DNA from: Yuukianura sp. NJ FZ-2021 | Taxonomy: Eukaryota | Assembly (NCBI GenBank): GCA_046563655.1 | Contig: CM102286.1 | Location: 2,914,001-2,978,000 of the forward strand | Length of the DNA stretch: 64,000 bases | Direction of reading: 5' to 3' | Shown: piece after piece, positions 48,436 through 63,528 of the stretch | Layout: every line of letters starts with the position of its first letter | How positions within the stretch are numbered: position 1 is the first letter of the stretch | Translations under genes and position numbers: made by a program | Notes under the pieces: model-generated | Told to the model about the DNA's origin: nothing | Seen by the model: only the letters and a program-made list of their open reading frames with translations | The model's database searches: none

Positions 48436-49915
48436 TTATCTAAAAGTAAGGAGGAGATTGATGACGGTTTCTAATACAATTGTTCCAAAAATGGTTAAAA
48501 TGTATTCGTTGGAATCAAACACAAAATGTTCTCCCACATGCATACTTATGGGTTTCGTAGACGTCCAAAACTGGTAGTTGTATTTCCCGCGCTGAAGAAA
48601 TTTTCCAACCTTACTAGCAGCAATTGAGGTAAGGTGGCAGCGAACAGACAAAATGATAAATTCTTCCAAAAAGTAGCTAGTAAATGAGGATGTAGTAATA
48701 AAAAATAAAAGAAATAGAAGCAGCGCTGTAGTTGCAAATTTGAGAGAGGAGTAGACATAGAGCACGAGAACACAAATGGCCGCGTAAAGATCAAACGCCA
48801 CAATTCCACTAAAAGTGCTGTTGACAAAAGCATTCATGACTTGGTGACATCTGTACACTTGCTGCAGTTCTTCAAGGTTTTGTCCAGTCTGATCCATTGA
48901 ATCTCTAACATTGCAAAAACCAAATTTATTAGTAACTAAAGACATTTGTTAGATAGATCGATGCAATACACAGTGGTGTTCTCGGCAAAGTAGACAGCCA
49001 GTAGAATTTTGAAACTCGACAAACTTTGTTGTTGGTATCTATTTTTGCGAGAACTAAACCGTAATTATTTCATGACTTACATCATTTTTTGAAGCCATAA
49101 CCGCGTGGAACTTGTGTACATGAGGAGACAGTTCGTGAAGGTTATAATAACAAAAATAGTGTGTATTCCAGCTACAGATGCTTGAATTGCAGCGAGCAAC
49201 ATCAAAGATCTTACTAAAATTGGGTTTGGATTTTTATCTTGGAAATTTAGCAAAGCAGACTCAATAGCAAAGTAGGAAAAATGGCTTATTGGATTGTCTG
49301 TGAGGATAAATGCAAGTATAACAATAGGGCAAATACATCGTATAGCGCCTTTGGCAACTACGTTTGTGAACTTTATCACCCTCTCATAGTCATCATGAAT
49401 TGGTACATTGATGTCGACGACGTGAACACTGCCTGGAAATTATCACAAAATGAAAATTAGAATATCTGATTTGAATTTTGTTCTAAACTGGATGACACCT
49501 TCGTATGTGTTTTTTGGAGAGAAATTTGTAATTCTAGTACGTGGTTGTTTAGCTTACATAAATGTTTCCTAAAGTTTAAGAATGCTGAAAGAACACAAAA
49601 GATTTCCCTCATGTACATTAGGTACCAAACTTGAAAAGCGAGAAGGAGACTGCCCATGAACAATGCTCCAACACTAACTAGAAACAGGACACTCCCGTGC
49701 TTCTTTGCAATAACGCACGCCCATGCGTACACTAAAATCACAATGAAGTTGAATACTGCGCATACGACAGTGATTACTTTTTGTATAGTAAGTGATTTGG
49801 CCATTTTGACTTCATAGTAGCCTTTTACACTCAACATTTGGAAAGGGTAGACATGCCACTTCCAACCAAACTCAAATGTTTGTTGAATATATTTCCAACT
49901 AGTTTTTGACAACAT
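48436..49915 (-). CDS. Divergent multi-pass membrane protein, gustatory-receptor-like, 3 exons
   Basis: Multiple hydrophobic segments; C-terminal PISMHVGEHFVF...ILTIFGTIVLETVINLLLTF resembles the TM6-TM7 region of divergent arthropod GR-superfamily proteins. Confidence 0.6.
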
Positions 49916-50852
49916 TTTGTTTTGGATACTTCTCAGTTGAAAACACAAAAGACAACATCGGAAAAGAAATTCCACCAATTTTAGTCCAATGGAAGGTAAA
50001 TTTTTAAAATCTTGCTGTCTAATTTCTCAAAATCAACCATATTAAATTTGAACTTCCTCGAAAAGAGTAACCCATAGCGACAGGCCAAGTTCAACGTGTA
50101 ATCAAAACTCAAAACATTTCTAATTATTAACTTTAACTACGCCTAAAACGTGTTTTTTATTGCTAATGCTGCTGCAAAGTTGACCGTCCGTTGTTCTAAG
50201 TTACACATTTTAGGCGGACCCAGTAAAACTATTCGGAAATTAATCTGTATAGGTTTCCAATTAGGTAATAAATTTTTAGAAAAAGACAAACTACTCTCTT
50301 GAATTGAATTTTAAATCGTCAGAGTTTTCAAACAAATTGGAAACTTATGTTTTCCGCCTCCGTAACCTTGGCCTAAAAATCAATAAATTTCAAAAGAGAA
50401 GGAGCCAACCTTAAGAAATGGATGCAGTATTTGATGTTTCGTCAAGCTCAATACTGAATGCTGAAGTGTGTTCGGCGTAATTTTCTGCCTTTGCTATATC
50501 AAAACTGTATGATTAAATTTTGAAGTTTGTTAAAAAGATGTTTATCCAAACCTTAAATAAAATGAGATTCCAGAAATTGTAGTTTTTGTTTTGATAAACT
50601 TGCATAATATTTAAAGAATTGAAAGTCTAACTTTTTCACGAGCTGTTCGTTTTGTTCCCAACCAAAAGTCGGATACAGATGTATCTTATTTTGGATGGTT
50701 TGGAATCCTAAGTGTTCGGGGTTTTGCCGTTGTTCATAATAGTACTTCAGAGAGACAAAGATTAGATACAGTAGGTAGGGAGTATTTGATCATGAAAAAT
50801 GACATTCGTATTGTCAGATTTATAGGTAGTTCGGATTTGTTTGTTAACCAAA

Positions 50853-52353
50853 ATGGTGTTAAAATACTGCGTGACCTTAGCCTTGTTGCTATGTGGGTGT
50901 TGCCATGGCGCTCAAAATGGTGTCCCGAGTTACCTTGGTTACCCGGGGCATAAAGCAGCTTCGGACTACGTACCTCAGAGGAATGAGACTGGAATGAATT
51001 GGGAAAATTATCAAACCTTGGAAACAGTAGGCAACTTTTTTAACTAGTTTCACAAAATTTACTTTTTTCAAAATGTTGGCTTACACATTTTGGTATAACT
51101 TTGTAGATTTATAGCTGGATTGATGATCTTGTTCTAAGTCACCCAAACCTTATTTCCCTAACTACCATCGGTACGAGTACGGAAGGTCGTGACCTGAGAG
51201 TTCTCAAGTTGTCAACCGGAGGATCCAATAAAACCGGATTTTGGATGGATTCAAGTAAGGTTAATCGGCGTCAAATCTTACTAGTCCAGTAAAAACAAAA
51301 TATAGTTTTTTATGGTAGGAATATATTTTACGATACTGAAAATTTCCATTGATTAGAATATTTACTTAATGATTGTTGCCAATTAGCAATTCATGCCAGA
51401 GAATGGATTAGTACTGCCACCATCACATACATTCTCAACGAACTTGTCAACAACCAAGCTGCCTACAATGACCTGTATGACGTCCTGGACTTTTACATTT
51501 TGCCGGTCATCAATCCCGATGGCTACGTATACTCTCATACGACAGATCGACATTGGCGCAAAACTCGGTCCAATCATAACTCCACTTGTTATGGAGTAGA
51601 TGCCAACAGAAATTTTGGATTTCATTGGGGTGGAGAGGGTAGTAGCGGTGACCCATGTGATAACACTTACCGTGGGCCTGAACCGTATTCAGAACCTGAA
51701 TCACGCGCCGTCAAGGACTACATCACAAGTAAACAAGAAACTGTCAACTTGGATACGTTCTTGACCCTACATTGTTCTGGACAAGTATGTACTTTGACTA
51801 AAACATATACAAATACAGTATATTGAAATATACTCAATATATTTCAATATTTACATGCTAATTTACTGTATATTGTACAGTTATGGTTGACTCCTTGGGG
51901 ATATACCGATGACCTACCCGATGACTACGAAGAACTAGTATGTATTCAAACTAATACAACCAAATTGCTCAACAGAGAAAACAAGAACTTATTTTTTTTT
52001 TAAGAAAACTTTGGGAGAAGCGGCGGTAGCTGAACTTTTCACTCACTTTGGAACTGTCTATGAAGTTGGAAGCTCAGCAGGGCTTTTATGTACCATCAAA
52101 ATTTTCAATTTTTTTGACACTAAGCCCATCTAGATTGAATTTCAAAATATTTAAATGAAATTTTTTAGACAATTCTGCCGGAAGTAGCCGGGATTGGGCA
52201 AAGGGTGAAGGAGGATTCAAGTACGCTTACACCATTGAACTGAGGGATACAGGCGAATACGGATATCTACTTCCACCAGAACAAATTATTCCAACTGCCA
52301 TTGAAACTTGGGCTGCCATTCAAGTGGTTGCCAGGACATATTTGGACAACTGA
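50853..52353 (+). CDS. M14A zinc metallocarboxypeptidase copy 1 (no prodomain, Arg255)
   Basis: IHAREWI, NPDGY, WRKTRS, GVDANRNF, TLH, LLYNSAGSSRDWA, YTIELRDTG; signal peptide joined to the mature domain by only a ~20 aa linker. Confidence 0.9.
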
Positions 52354-52637
52354 GAAAATTCAATTCTACAACCTGCGTAATTGAAATTTAGTTGTTGGAA
52401 AACGTTTTGTGAAATTCAGATGCATGTGCAAGTTCGGAAAACAAATTATGTAACATTGAGAATTGATTCTGATTAAAGTACCGGACACAATGACATCATC
52501 AAGTTTGATATGATGAAAATAATGCTCCGATTTCATTTTCAATAGCAACGATAAGATGTTCTCGCAGATTGCAATTTTCTGTAGAGTGTAATTTCTGCAA
52601 ATCTGCAGAGTCAATTGTCATTTTGCTGTAGAGCAAG

Positions 52638-54383
52638 ATGGATTTAAAAATTTGTGTAGCTTTTACGGTATTGCTGTCTGGAATTTGCCACGGAGCTGCA
52701 ACTAAGAGTTTCCATGGCTACCAAGTCTTAAGGGCAAAGCCAACATCGGAAGCCCAGTACCAGGCTCTTGTAAACTTGTACGATGAAGGTCAGCTTGATT
52801 TTTGGGCCGGACCTTCCAAAACTACGCCAACAGATATCATGGTAGATCCATCTGAACGTGCAAACCTTTTAGCATTTTTTGCTAAACATTCAATTCAACA
52901 CAATGTTTTCATCGAAAATGTTGGCAGGTATAAACAAATATATTTTAATCATCAAAAAAAAATACTGAAAATTTTGAAAAAATTTGTCATAGGATTATTT
53001 CTGAACAACAATTGGCACCCCGGAATGAAACTGGAATGAACTGGGAAAACTATCAAACTCTTGAAACAGTTAAGCTTAAGCACGCAAAAAAAAATTTGAA
53101 AAATGGAATTTTTTTAAAAACAATATTACGTCATATTTTTGCATGTGACAGATTTACAATTGGATTGACGACATGGTTTTGGCTTTTCCAAATTTAATCA
53201 CCGTATCTACTATCGGTACAAGCACGGAAGGTCGTGACCTGAAGGTACTCAAGTTATCAACTGGTGGATCCGATAAAACTGCATTTTGGATTGACGCAAG
53301 TACGAATGCTCCAGTTTTCTAAAAATTGAAATTTTTGAAAAAATTACGATTTTTAATTATTTATGAATCATAATCAGCCATTCATGCCAGGGAGTGGATT
53401 AGCACTGCCACCATCACTTACATCATAAATGAACTAGTCAACAACCAAGCTGCCTACACCGATTTGTACGAAGTTGTTGACTTTTATATTTTGCCGGTCA
53501 TCAATCCTGATGGCTACGTCTACTCCCATGAAACAGATCGAATGTGGCGCAAAACTCGATCCAACTACGGCACTACTTGTTATGGAGTAGATGCCAACAG
53601 AAACTTTGGTTTTCAATGGGGTGGACCTGGAAGTAGTGGCATTCCATGTGCAGAAACGTACCGAGGACCTGAAGCTTACTCAGAACCAGAAGCACTCGCT
53701 GTCAAGAACTACATTGAAGGTCAACGTGAACAAAATAATGTTCAATGGGATGCGTTTATCACAATCCACAGTTACTCACAGGCATGTACAAATTTAACAT
53801 AGTGTAGAAATTACTGGTTTAAAACATTTTCTTGACTTTTTCAAAATCTGCAATTTTGCGTTACAGCTTTGGATGACACCTTACGGATACACTCAAGAAC
53901 TGCCAGAAGACTACGACGAACTTGTAAGTTAAATCTAAAATTGCCATGGTTTTCAAATTTGCGATGTTAAATTTTGTTTTAGTTTTTAAAATATTGTCCC
54001 GACTCTTCTTTATGAAAATCTTATTTTTTATAGAAAGCTTTGGGAGATGCAGCAGTTGAAGCACTGACTAGTCATTATGGAACGCACTACCAAGTAGGAA
54101 ACGCGGCAGGAATTTTGTGTAATAAGTTCTTACATAATTGTCTTTACATTGGAATTTCATTTTCAAACATTTACAGTACAATTTTAACTTTTTTCCAGAC
54201 GAGTCTTCTGGAAGTAGCCGAGACTGGGCCAAGGGTCAAGGTGGATTTAAGAATGTTTATACAATTGAACTCAGAGATACTGGAGAATACGGATTTCTAC
54301 TTCCGCCAGAACAAATCATTCCAACCGCCATTGAAACTTGGGCGGGAATTCAAGTCATTGCCCGGTCTTACACAGAAAATTAA
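52638..54383 (+). CDS. M14A zinc metallocarboxypeptidase copy 2 (full prodomain, Arg255)
   Basis: Signal peptide, propeptide (SFHGYQVLRAKP...LDFW...DIMVDP...IENV), IHAREWI, DANRNF, TIHSYSQ, SSGSSRDWA, YTIELRDTG. Confidence 0.93.
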
Positions 54384-54615
54384 AACAGCGGTAAATTCAA
54401 GCCTATTTAAATAGAAATTTACAAACAAATTGCAAAAATCGGTTTATGGTGTTCAAAAACAAAATAAATTCGCGTCCTCATTTAGGTGTTTGTATTACGT
54501 TTTATTGAGCTTACAGAAAAATTAGCATATATTAAAAATAAGTTTGTTTTTGTATATTTCGTAAAGTAATTCACAATGTCCAGCATGTCAGTCTAAATGT
54601 TACGCGAATCTGAGC

Positions 54616-56948
<2,333 letters not shown>

Positions 56949-58678
56949 TGTGTTGAAGGTTTGAGCGAAAAGTGATTTGGTGTAAAGATGTGTTAATGTC
57001 CAATGTAATTGTAAAAGGTCTTTGGCGTCGTCGGGATAGTAAAAGCTGTCTCAGTGGTGCAGTTTGGCAGATAAATACCAAAAATTTCTGCAACTTACCC
57101 AAAAAAGATTTCAAAAGGTCAACATGGATGGTTAGATTGACGTTTTTGTTTCAATTTTACCGTCGTCGCAGATTTAAGTTGAACTTCTAAAGATTAAGTT
57201 GACGTTAACTAGGCTCATAAACTTTAAATGAAAGAAGACTGACAGTTTATTAGAGTTTAAGTTGAACTAACTAGAGTCTGCAGCTTCGCTTCTGTTATGC
57301 AACCACTGTATAAATTCAAACTTAAAATGAAAAGTGTTGTGGTGTTTATAGTAGTAAAACTAAAGTGGTTGACTCCTCCCTTCATTAAGTAAAACCGCAA
57401 CTCAGCCTCGAGTTGAAATTGAGCAAAACGAGGAAGGAATGATACCAGGTACAGGACACGGGTAGTTACAAATTTTTGTCAATGTATTACTAAGTTACGA
57501 AGTTTTTCACTGGAGAGATAAAGTGCGGTTTGGGTCAATCCAACGTGCCATGGGTTGTGAGGTTATGGGGCAACTACAATTAAGATTAACTGAAATCTAA
57601 GTCCTCTCTGGGTGTTTAGGAAACATTTAGATACTTCGTCTGACCTTGTACATATACAAAAGTCAATTTGGCAATTGCCGAAATTTCTCCGTGGTTACGG
57701 CATACACACGTCACACGAGTCTTGTTTTCCTTACCTTTGCGGTGACACGTTCAAAGAGCGACGGATTAAGATATTTTGCCAAAATTTTTCAATTAACGGA
57801 AATTTAAATCTAGCCCTAGGCGGTTTTTGGCGCGTGTTTCCGATTATCTGCGGAAATTTCGTACTTGATGTCTACACGACCTGAAGTATTTAAATACTTC
57901 AAGTATTCAGCATATACGTTGCCATTTCCAGAATTTCTTACCGTTAGCTTTTAAAATCCTTCAAAAATTGCCGAAAACTACAAAATAAAAATCTGAAACT
58001 TAAAAAATTTTTTGTTTCGTACGTTGATAACTTTTGTAAACTTGTTAATCTCCACAATTAACTTACTCTAAGCTGATTGATTCTAGCACTGGAGCATGGA
58101 AAATGTAAGTGGATGTTCGAAAGTAGCATGAGAACAATGGGGAATTAAGGAAGCCATTAAACGAGGGGAAATTCCTGTGTTATCGGCACTAACGGCACAA
58201 TTAGGAATATTAATTACAATTAATCTAGCGCAATTTGCTTAAGCATTTACTATTCCTCTTGTTGAAGGTGTCTCCGTGTACATATGATGAGACTTTTGAT
58301 CTTGGAATTTAGAATTCGTACATAACTAAGGTTACGTTTTGAGGTTGTATAAATTTGAATAGGAAAACGAAATACAAATCATTTGTACCCAATTTTTCGA
58401 ATTGTATTTGCACACTAATGAACCAATTCCAATTTGCGACATTTTGTCAATAGCGTGTTGCATTTTGCAAATTAAGATATATACGCCTGAGCAGAAATCA
58501 TGACTGACCTTGTGACCTTCCATATAACCTAACCTTTCAGTGACTAAAAGTGAGGCCATATTCAACTATGATAAACTATTTTACGACTTTTTCCGAAACC
58601 ATCTTTCTTCTACATCACGCAATTGGCGCTTGGTTTCAATTGACCTTGAATTGGGACGAATAGAGGTCAAGGGTTGCT

Positions 58679-60085
58679 TTATTGTTTGACTTCCTTTTTG
58701 CACACAATGACATTTTTGATCTTGTTTTTACAGGAAACGTCATTCCATTTCCCCAGAACTGTATCCGAGTCACAGGTATTTGGGTAAGGGAAGTAGTGTG
58801 AAAACATTTCAATGCAATTTTCATCATAGTTGTTGCTCGGTTCACACCGAATTTCAGAAGATCCGTTTCTTTTGAGCCAATTTGTAAATCCCGCCATTCC
58901 AGAGTTATCGTCCCACAGAAACAGAGGCTCTGGAATGACTGGAGGAATGTAGGTGTAGCGACCATTTTTGTTTTCGTATCGGCCATTACTGTAGCGAGAT
59001 TGCCGCTCTTCGACGCGTTTGATTTTGGTGGCTCCTAACCAGATTTTGGCGGGAATTCTTAGTTTGTTGAATAGCCAGTCAACGATTTGGTCTGACTCAT
59101 GTGCAGACTTGATGGTCAGAAGTGTACCGTTGTCGAAGTTATCAGCACAGTACTGAACCCCTTCATCGTGCGTTAGGAAAAGGAGATTCCGAAGTTTGCG
59201 CGGCGAATTTTTGTTCTTCAACATCACCTTGTACTTTGCTATAGCCAAACCGTTCTTGCCTATGTAAGTGTATTCCAAATTGTCAAAATCTGACATCTGA
59301 ATTTCATAAAAATTACAAAATGTTAAGAGCATTACGCAGTTAACATTCACAACCTACGTTAAGAATTGGGTTTAGGTTAGAGGTGTGCTCCACCATTTTC
59401 TTACCAGTGATCTTAGCCATGTGCTAAAGTTGTCAACCGAAATTTCATTTTCAAGTTTGTCCAAAGCACTCCGCTGACTCTCAACCTAACAAATGCCCAC
59501 ACAAAAATTACCAACTATAAAAAATGTCAGAGTTATTTTATATGGAAATATGAATATTTCAACAAAATAAATTTTAACGAAATTTGCAAGGCTGATAAAT
59601 TTTAGGTATCTCACAAATTCTTGAAGGCCGTCACGGATTTCGTGCTCAACTGGTATCCATCTTGGATTGGCAGTCGTAATTGAAGTTGACGGTGTTGTTG
59701 GAGCCTGTGTAGTTGTCGTCAATGGCGTTGGTGTTGTCCCGTCATGGAATGGTTGTGGAGGTGGAGTGGTGCTTGTACCTACCGTAGTTGTCGTAATGTC
59801 GTAGTGACGAACTGGTATAAATACTTTGCTGGCAGCATGCTCACTCTGTACCAAAAAGTGGAAGAAAAAGTGTTACTTAAATTGACAAAAACTTTGGTTT
59901 TTAATGCAGCTCAATAGTTTAACACAAGTTACCTTCGCTACAATATTCATAGTAGTACGCTTCGAAGCATTATTGCGATTACTGCCAGCTTCGACAACGT
60001 TGACAGCGTCGCCAACATACGGTACCGCTTTAGCTCCTACTACCAAAAGTAGACCAACGACAATACAAGAGTTGAAGAAGTTCAT
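58679..60085 (-). CDS. Secreted protein with Thr/Pro-rich stalk and C-terminal C-type lectin domain
   Basis: Signal peptide MNFFNSCIVVGLLLVVGAKA, Thr-rich exon, CTLD motifs YC...LLTIKS..ES, IWLGA, FTNW, ENCI, GKWNDVSC...VCKK. Confidence 0.85.
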
Positions 60086-60951
60086 TTTTAGATTTTTCTT
60101 TAAACTAAACGTAAATTCATCTCCAGCTTTCATATTTATTGCGGATTAACTCAATATGTAGCTGATAAATTTTCATGATTCAATAAAGTTTCCGTGTTGC
60201 ATGCAAGTAATTTATGAACGAAATTTTTAAAAAAGTGAAGCATTAAATAAAGGAATTCTGAATAAATTGTGATTTCTTTTATAAAACTATTATTGCTTGA
60301 TCCTAAATTGCTTTTCAATAAGTTTAAAAATCTAAACTACGGAATACAATGGTAACCTAATTTGAAGTTTTCTTCAAATGTTTGCGTTTTTGATAAATTT
60401 CGCATCCTGTGATGGCTTTATACATGCAAGCACTTATTCCATTCAAATTAAAATATACAATCAGATAAATACAAATGGTTATAATACGAACATACATACT
60501 GTTTAATGAAGTCCAAGCTTAAGCATAGCTGCAACAATTTGAATTTATTGAACAGAATAGCCTATGAATGTGACATTAAGAAATGAAAAAAAAACATGCA
60601 AAAATTACCTTACATATTCTTCAAAAATTCATTTGTGTTGAACAACATAAATTTCCGTTCAACGTTGTACCACAATGCCTTCTGTACCACATATATGTAT
60701 CCCAGTAAGATACCTCGAAGAAAACGAGCAACTTATTTTAGCAATCATGTTTGCATTATCTTTGAGGGCATGATGCTAAGTTGTGTCAGTTAGTTGAGGC
60801 GATGATGACTCGTCGCGACGATTTGGCATTTATTGTTTTTAAAGACGCACCGACAAATTATAACTTATTTCTATTTAAAAATTAAAAAGTAACTATTTAT
60901 AATGCTGCACATTTTTTATTTGTAAAATTCAACTTTCGAAATGAGAAATTT

Positions 60952-61578
60952 TTATCTGCCTACGCCCCTCGTAGAGTGGATGGATGGTATTGTTGTTGGT
61001 ATGGACCTGAATGTTAGTGATGGCGTACTACGCATTTGTGTATCAGTTGTCCATGGTCTCGTAGGTCCCCAGCCATTGCCATTCCGCCTACTTGTAGTTA
61101 CCAAGTTACCGCCGCTCGTGGATTTAGTAGTTGTCCAGTATCCTGTTGTTCTATACCTAGAAGTTGACCAATCAGAAGCTCCACGAAGTCCTGATGTCGT
61201 CGAAGCAAGACTACTTCTAGACGTTGAGGACGCAAGACTCTGTCTAGAAGTTGACGAATCACGGCTGCTCCAAGACCTAGCAGTTGTACCGTCTCGCGAC
61301 ATTGTAATTGTAGGAGTAAATGATGTTGAATGCTGTGCTGTTGTAGTAGCTGTAACATCATTAGACGGGTGGAGACTAGCAATTGTGTTATCCTTCTGTA
61401 AATAAATTTTAAATGCACTTAATTGCTACAGTTTTGTAATGCAATTATTTCATAATTGAAACGAGATTTTTATAACATATGCTTGCATTACCGCTAGTAA
61501 ATTTATTCCAGCATCTCCGCTCGCCACTTTACACTTAAATAGCAAAACTACTACCGCCACGTTCAGAATTGAGTTCAT
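60952..61578 (-). CDS. Secreted Ser/Thr-rich mucin-like protein; 3' end uncertain
   Basis: Signal exon MNSILNVAVVVLLFKCKVASG...LLA|gt spliced in phase 0 to ag|KDNTIASLHP..., which is in frame with the S/T-rich ORF 60952-61302. Confidence 0.55.
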
Positions 61579-61976
61579 TTTAAAAACGTTTTTTAAACCA
61601 TATACCTTCTCTCTAAATGCAAGGCCTTTAAATATTTCGAACACCTCCCAATTAAGTTTTATTTTCATAACGTCGCATGCAATGCTCACAAATTTCGCTA
61701 AATAGGACTCATCATAGTTAAGCGTCACTTGCTTAGCTTTCAAAAAAATTGGACAAAAAGAACATCGTCAATAGAAATGTACAACAGATAAGCTATATTC
61801 AATTCCGATTTCTAAATTTAATGAACTTCTAAATGATAGACACAAAAATAACGTTCCCCATTACTTAATTTGTCATTACAATTTGTCAAATTTGCACAAT
61901 GTACAGGTACATTTTGTACTAATCAATGGTAAGTTCAACACAACTGGTGCTTCCCTTCATAACTATAACTTAACCT

Positions 61977-63528
61977 TCACAAAATCTGTAATAACACAAT
62001 AATATTTGTGGTAAAAACGGAAAAGAAAGTGAGTAGTGTAGATGACTCAATTCCATAAAAATTGCTACTCCAAAATTGAACCGGCGAAAAAAACTGCAAG
62101 AAGTTTTTCATTTGCTTTCTATCAAAATTATTTTCATACCCAGAACCACCTTCAGTAGCCAAATCATTCAACAATATTTTAACCCACGCTTTTTTCAAAC
62201 TAAACGCTCCCGAATTTGCACCAGCCATAGCCATCAACATCAACGCAAATCTTCCTACTACTGAAGACGCTGCAAGTACAAATATTATCGCAGCTTGAGT
62301 TGAAATTTCCGCACGAAATTTTAGAAAACAGTACGTCAAAGCACACAAATTAACAAGAGCCAACGCGTTAACATAAAAAACAAAATGTGCGAAAATTTGG
62401 TTAAATGATTTCATCAAATGAACTAGTTGCTCGTACAGATAAATGACAGTTTTGTACTGATTTCTGAGTGTAAGAGACTTTCTATCCAGTTCAATTTTTG
62501 AATCAATTTGATTTTGGATCAAAGTGTTACTAATTCCTGTGTTCCCAATATTCAGTTCACGACAGCACATTGTTTCTAAACATTTGCGCAGACTCAATGG
62601 GAAGCAAATGAGGACAATGTCAAAGATGCCAAAGGACAACCACATAATTTCCAGAAAAGCAATGGTTTCAAGGGAAGTTATGATATAAATAGCAATCAAT
62701 GAAGGTGTGTAGTTTTCATCTTCCAAACCAAAGATCCAGTAAAGGTGAATAAATGTCACTGTGAACTTGAATTTAATTGCGATGAGCGCAAATGGCATCA
62801 GAAATGTCGTCAAAATTAAAATCAGGACACGTCGAAACAAATTTTTCCCAAATTTTGAAAATTCGCACTCCTCAAGTCCAGGAAAAATTCCTACGGAATT
62901 CAACATTTTAGAAAATGAAAACGCAAAAAATGTCATTTCCAATTTGAATTACAAAAAGACAATTTAAGTGATGAGAAATGCCAAATTTTTGAAGAGTGTT
63001 CTTGAATTTTTGAATTTTTTTAAAGAAATTAATGACAAAATAAAATTTAGTAAAAAATTTTGGCTTACGAGCTTTCCATTTCATGACATTTGTCTCAATG
63101 TTGTGCCAATTGTTGAGAAACTTGACATACTTATTACTGTTAACCCGAAGCGCCAACATCATGAAACACGGAGCACTGCAAATTGTCGAATTGCAAATAA
63201 ATCCAAAGAAGCTGATTGGTGACCTTGCCTCAGTAAATAATTTGGGGAGATGGCCAAAAATAGTACAAACTCGAACGACAAAGTAACAATTGACAAGAAA
63301 ACAAAACAATCTGTACGCATTATCCGTACTTTTTTCAAATCGAACAAAAAATTTCTCTGGTTTTGTTTTAGTTTCCGGATCAGCTAACGTCCAAGCCTGC
63401 TGCTGCTCTTCTACCGAACTTGAATCAAAAATTAATTGCAAAGGAAAAATTCCACTGTACTTTAGTAATTTGAAAACGGGAATAAAATGCTCTAGAGTGG
63501 ACTTGTCCATTTTTTGTGTCTTTGGCAT
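61977..63528 (-). CDS. Gustatory-receptor-like 7TM chemoreceptor, about 457 aa
   Basis: Exons 63528-63069 and 62890-61977 join in frame; N-terminal LKYSGIFP and C-terminal STLLTFFSVFTTNIIVLLQI resemble the GR TM7 motif (TYxxxLxQF). Confidence 0.75.

Noticed and set aside
51818..51852. AT-rich hairpin in a carboxypeptidase intron (similar palindrome near 57883)
   Set aside because: Expected by chance in very AT-rich sequence
60941..61405. 154-aa Val-rich ORF on the + strand
   Set aside because: Antisense shadow of the Thr/Ser-rich gene
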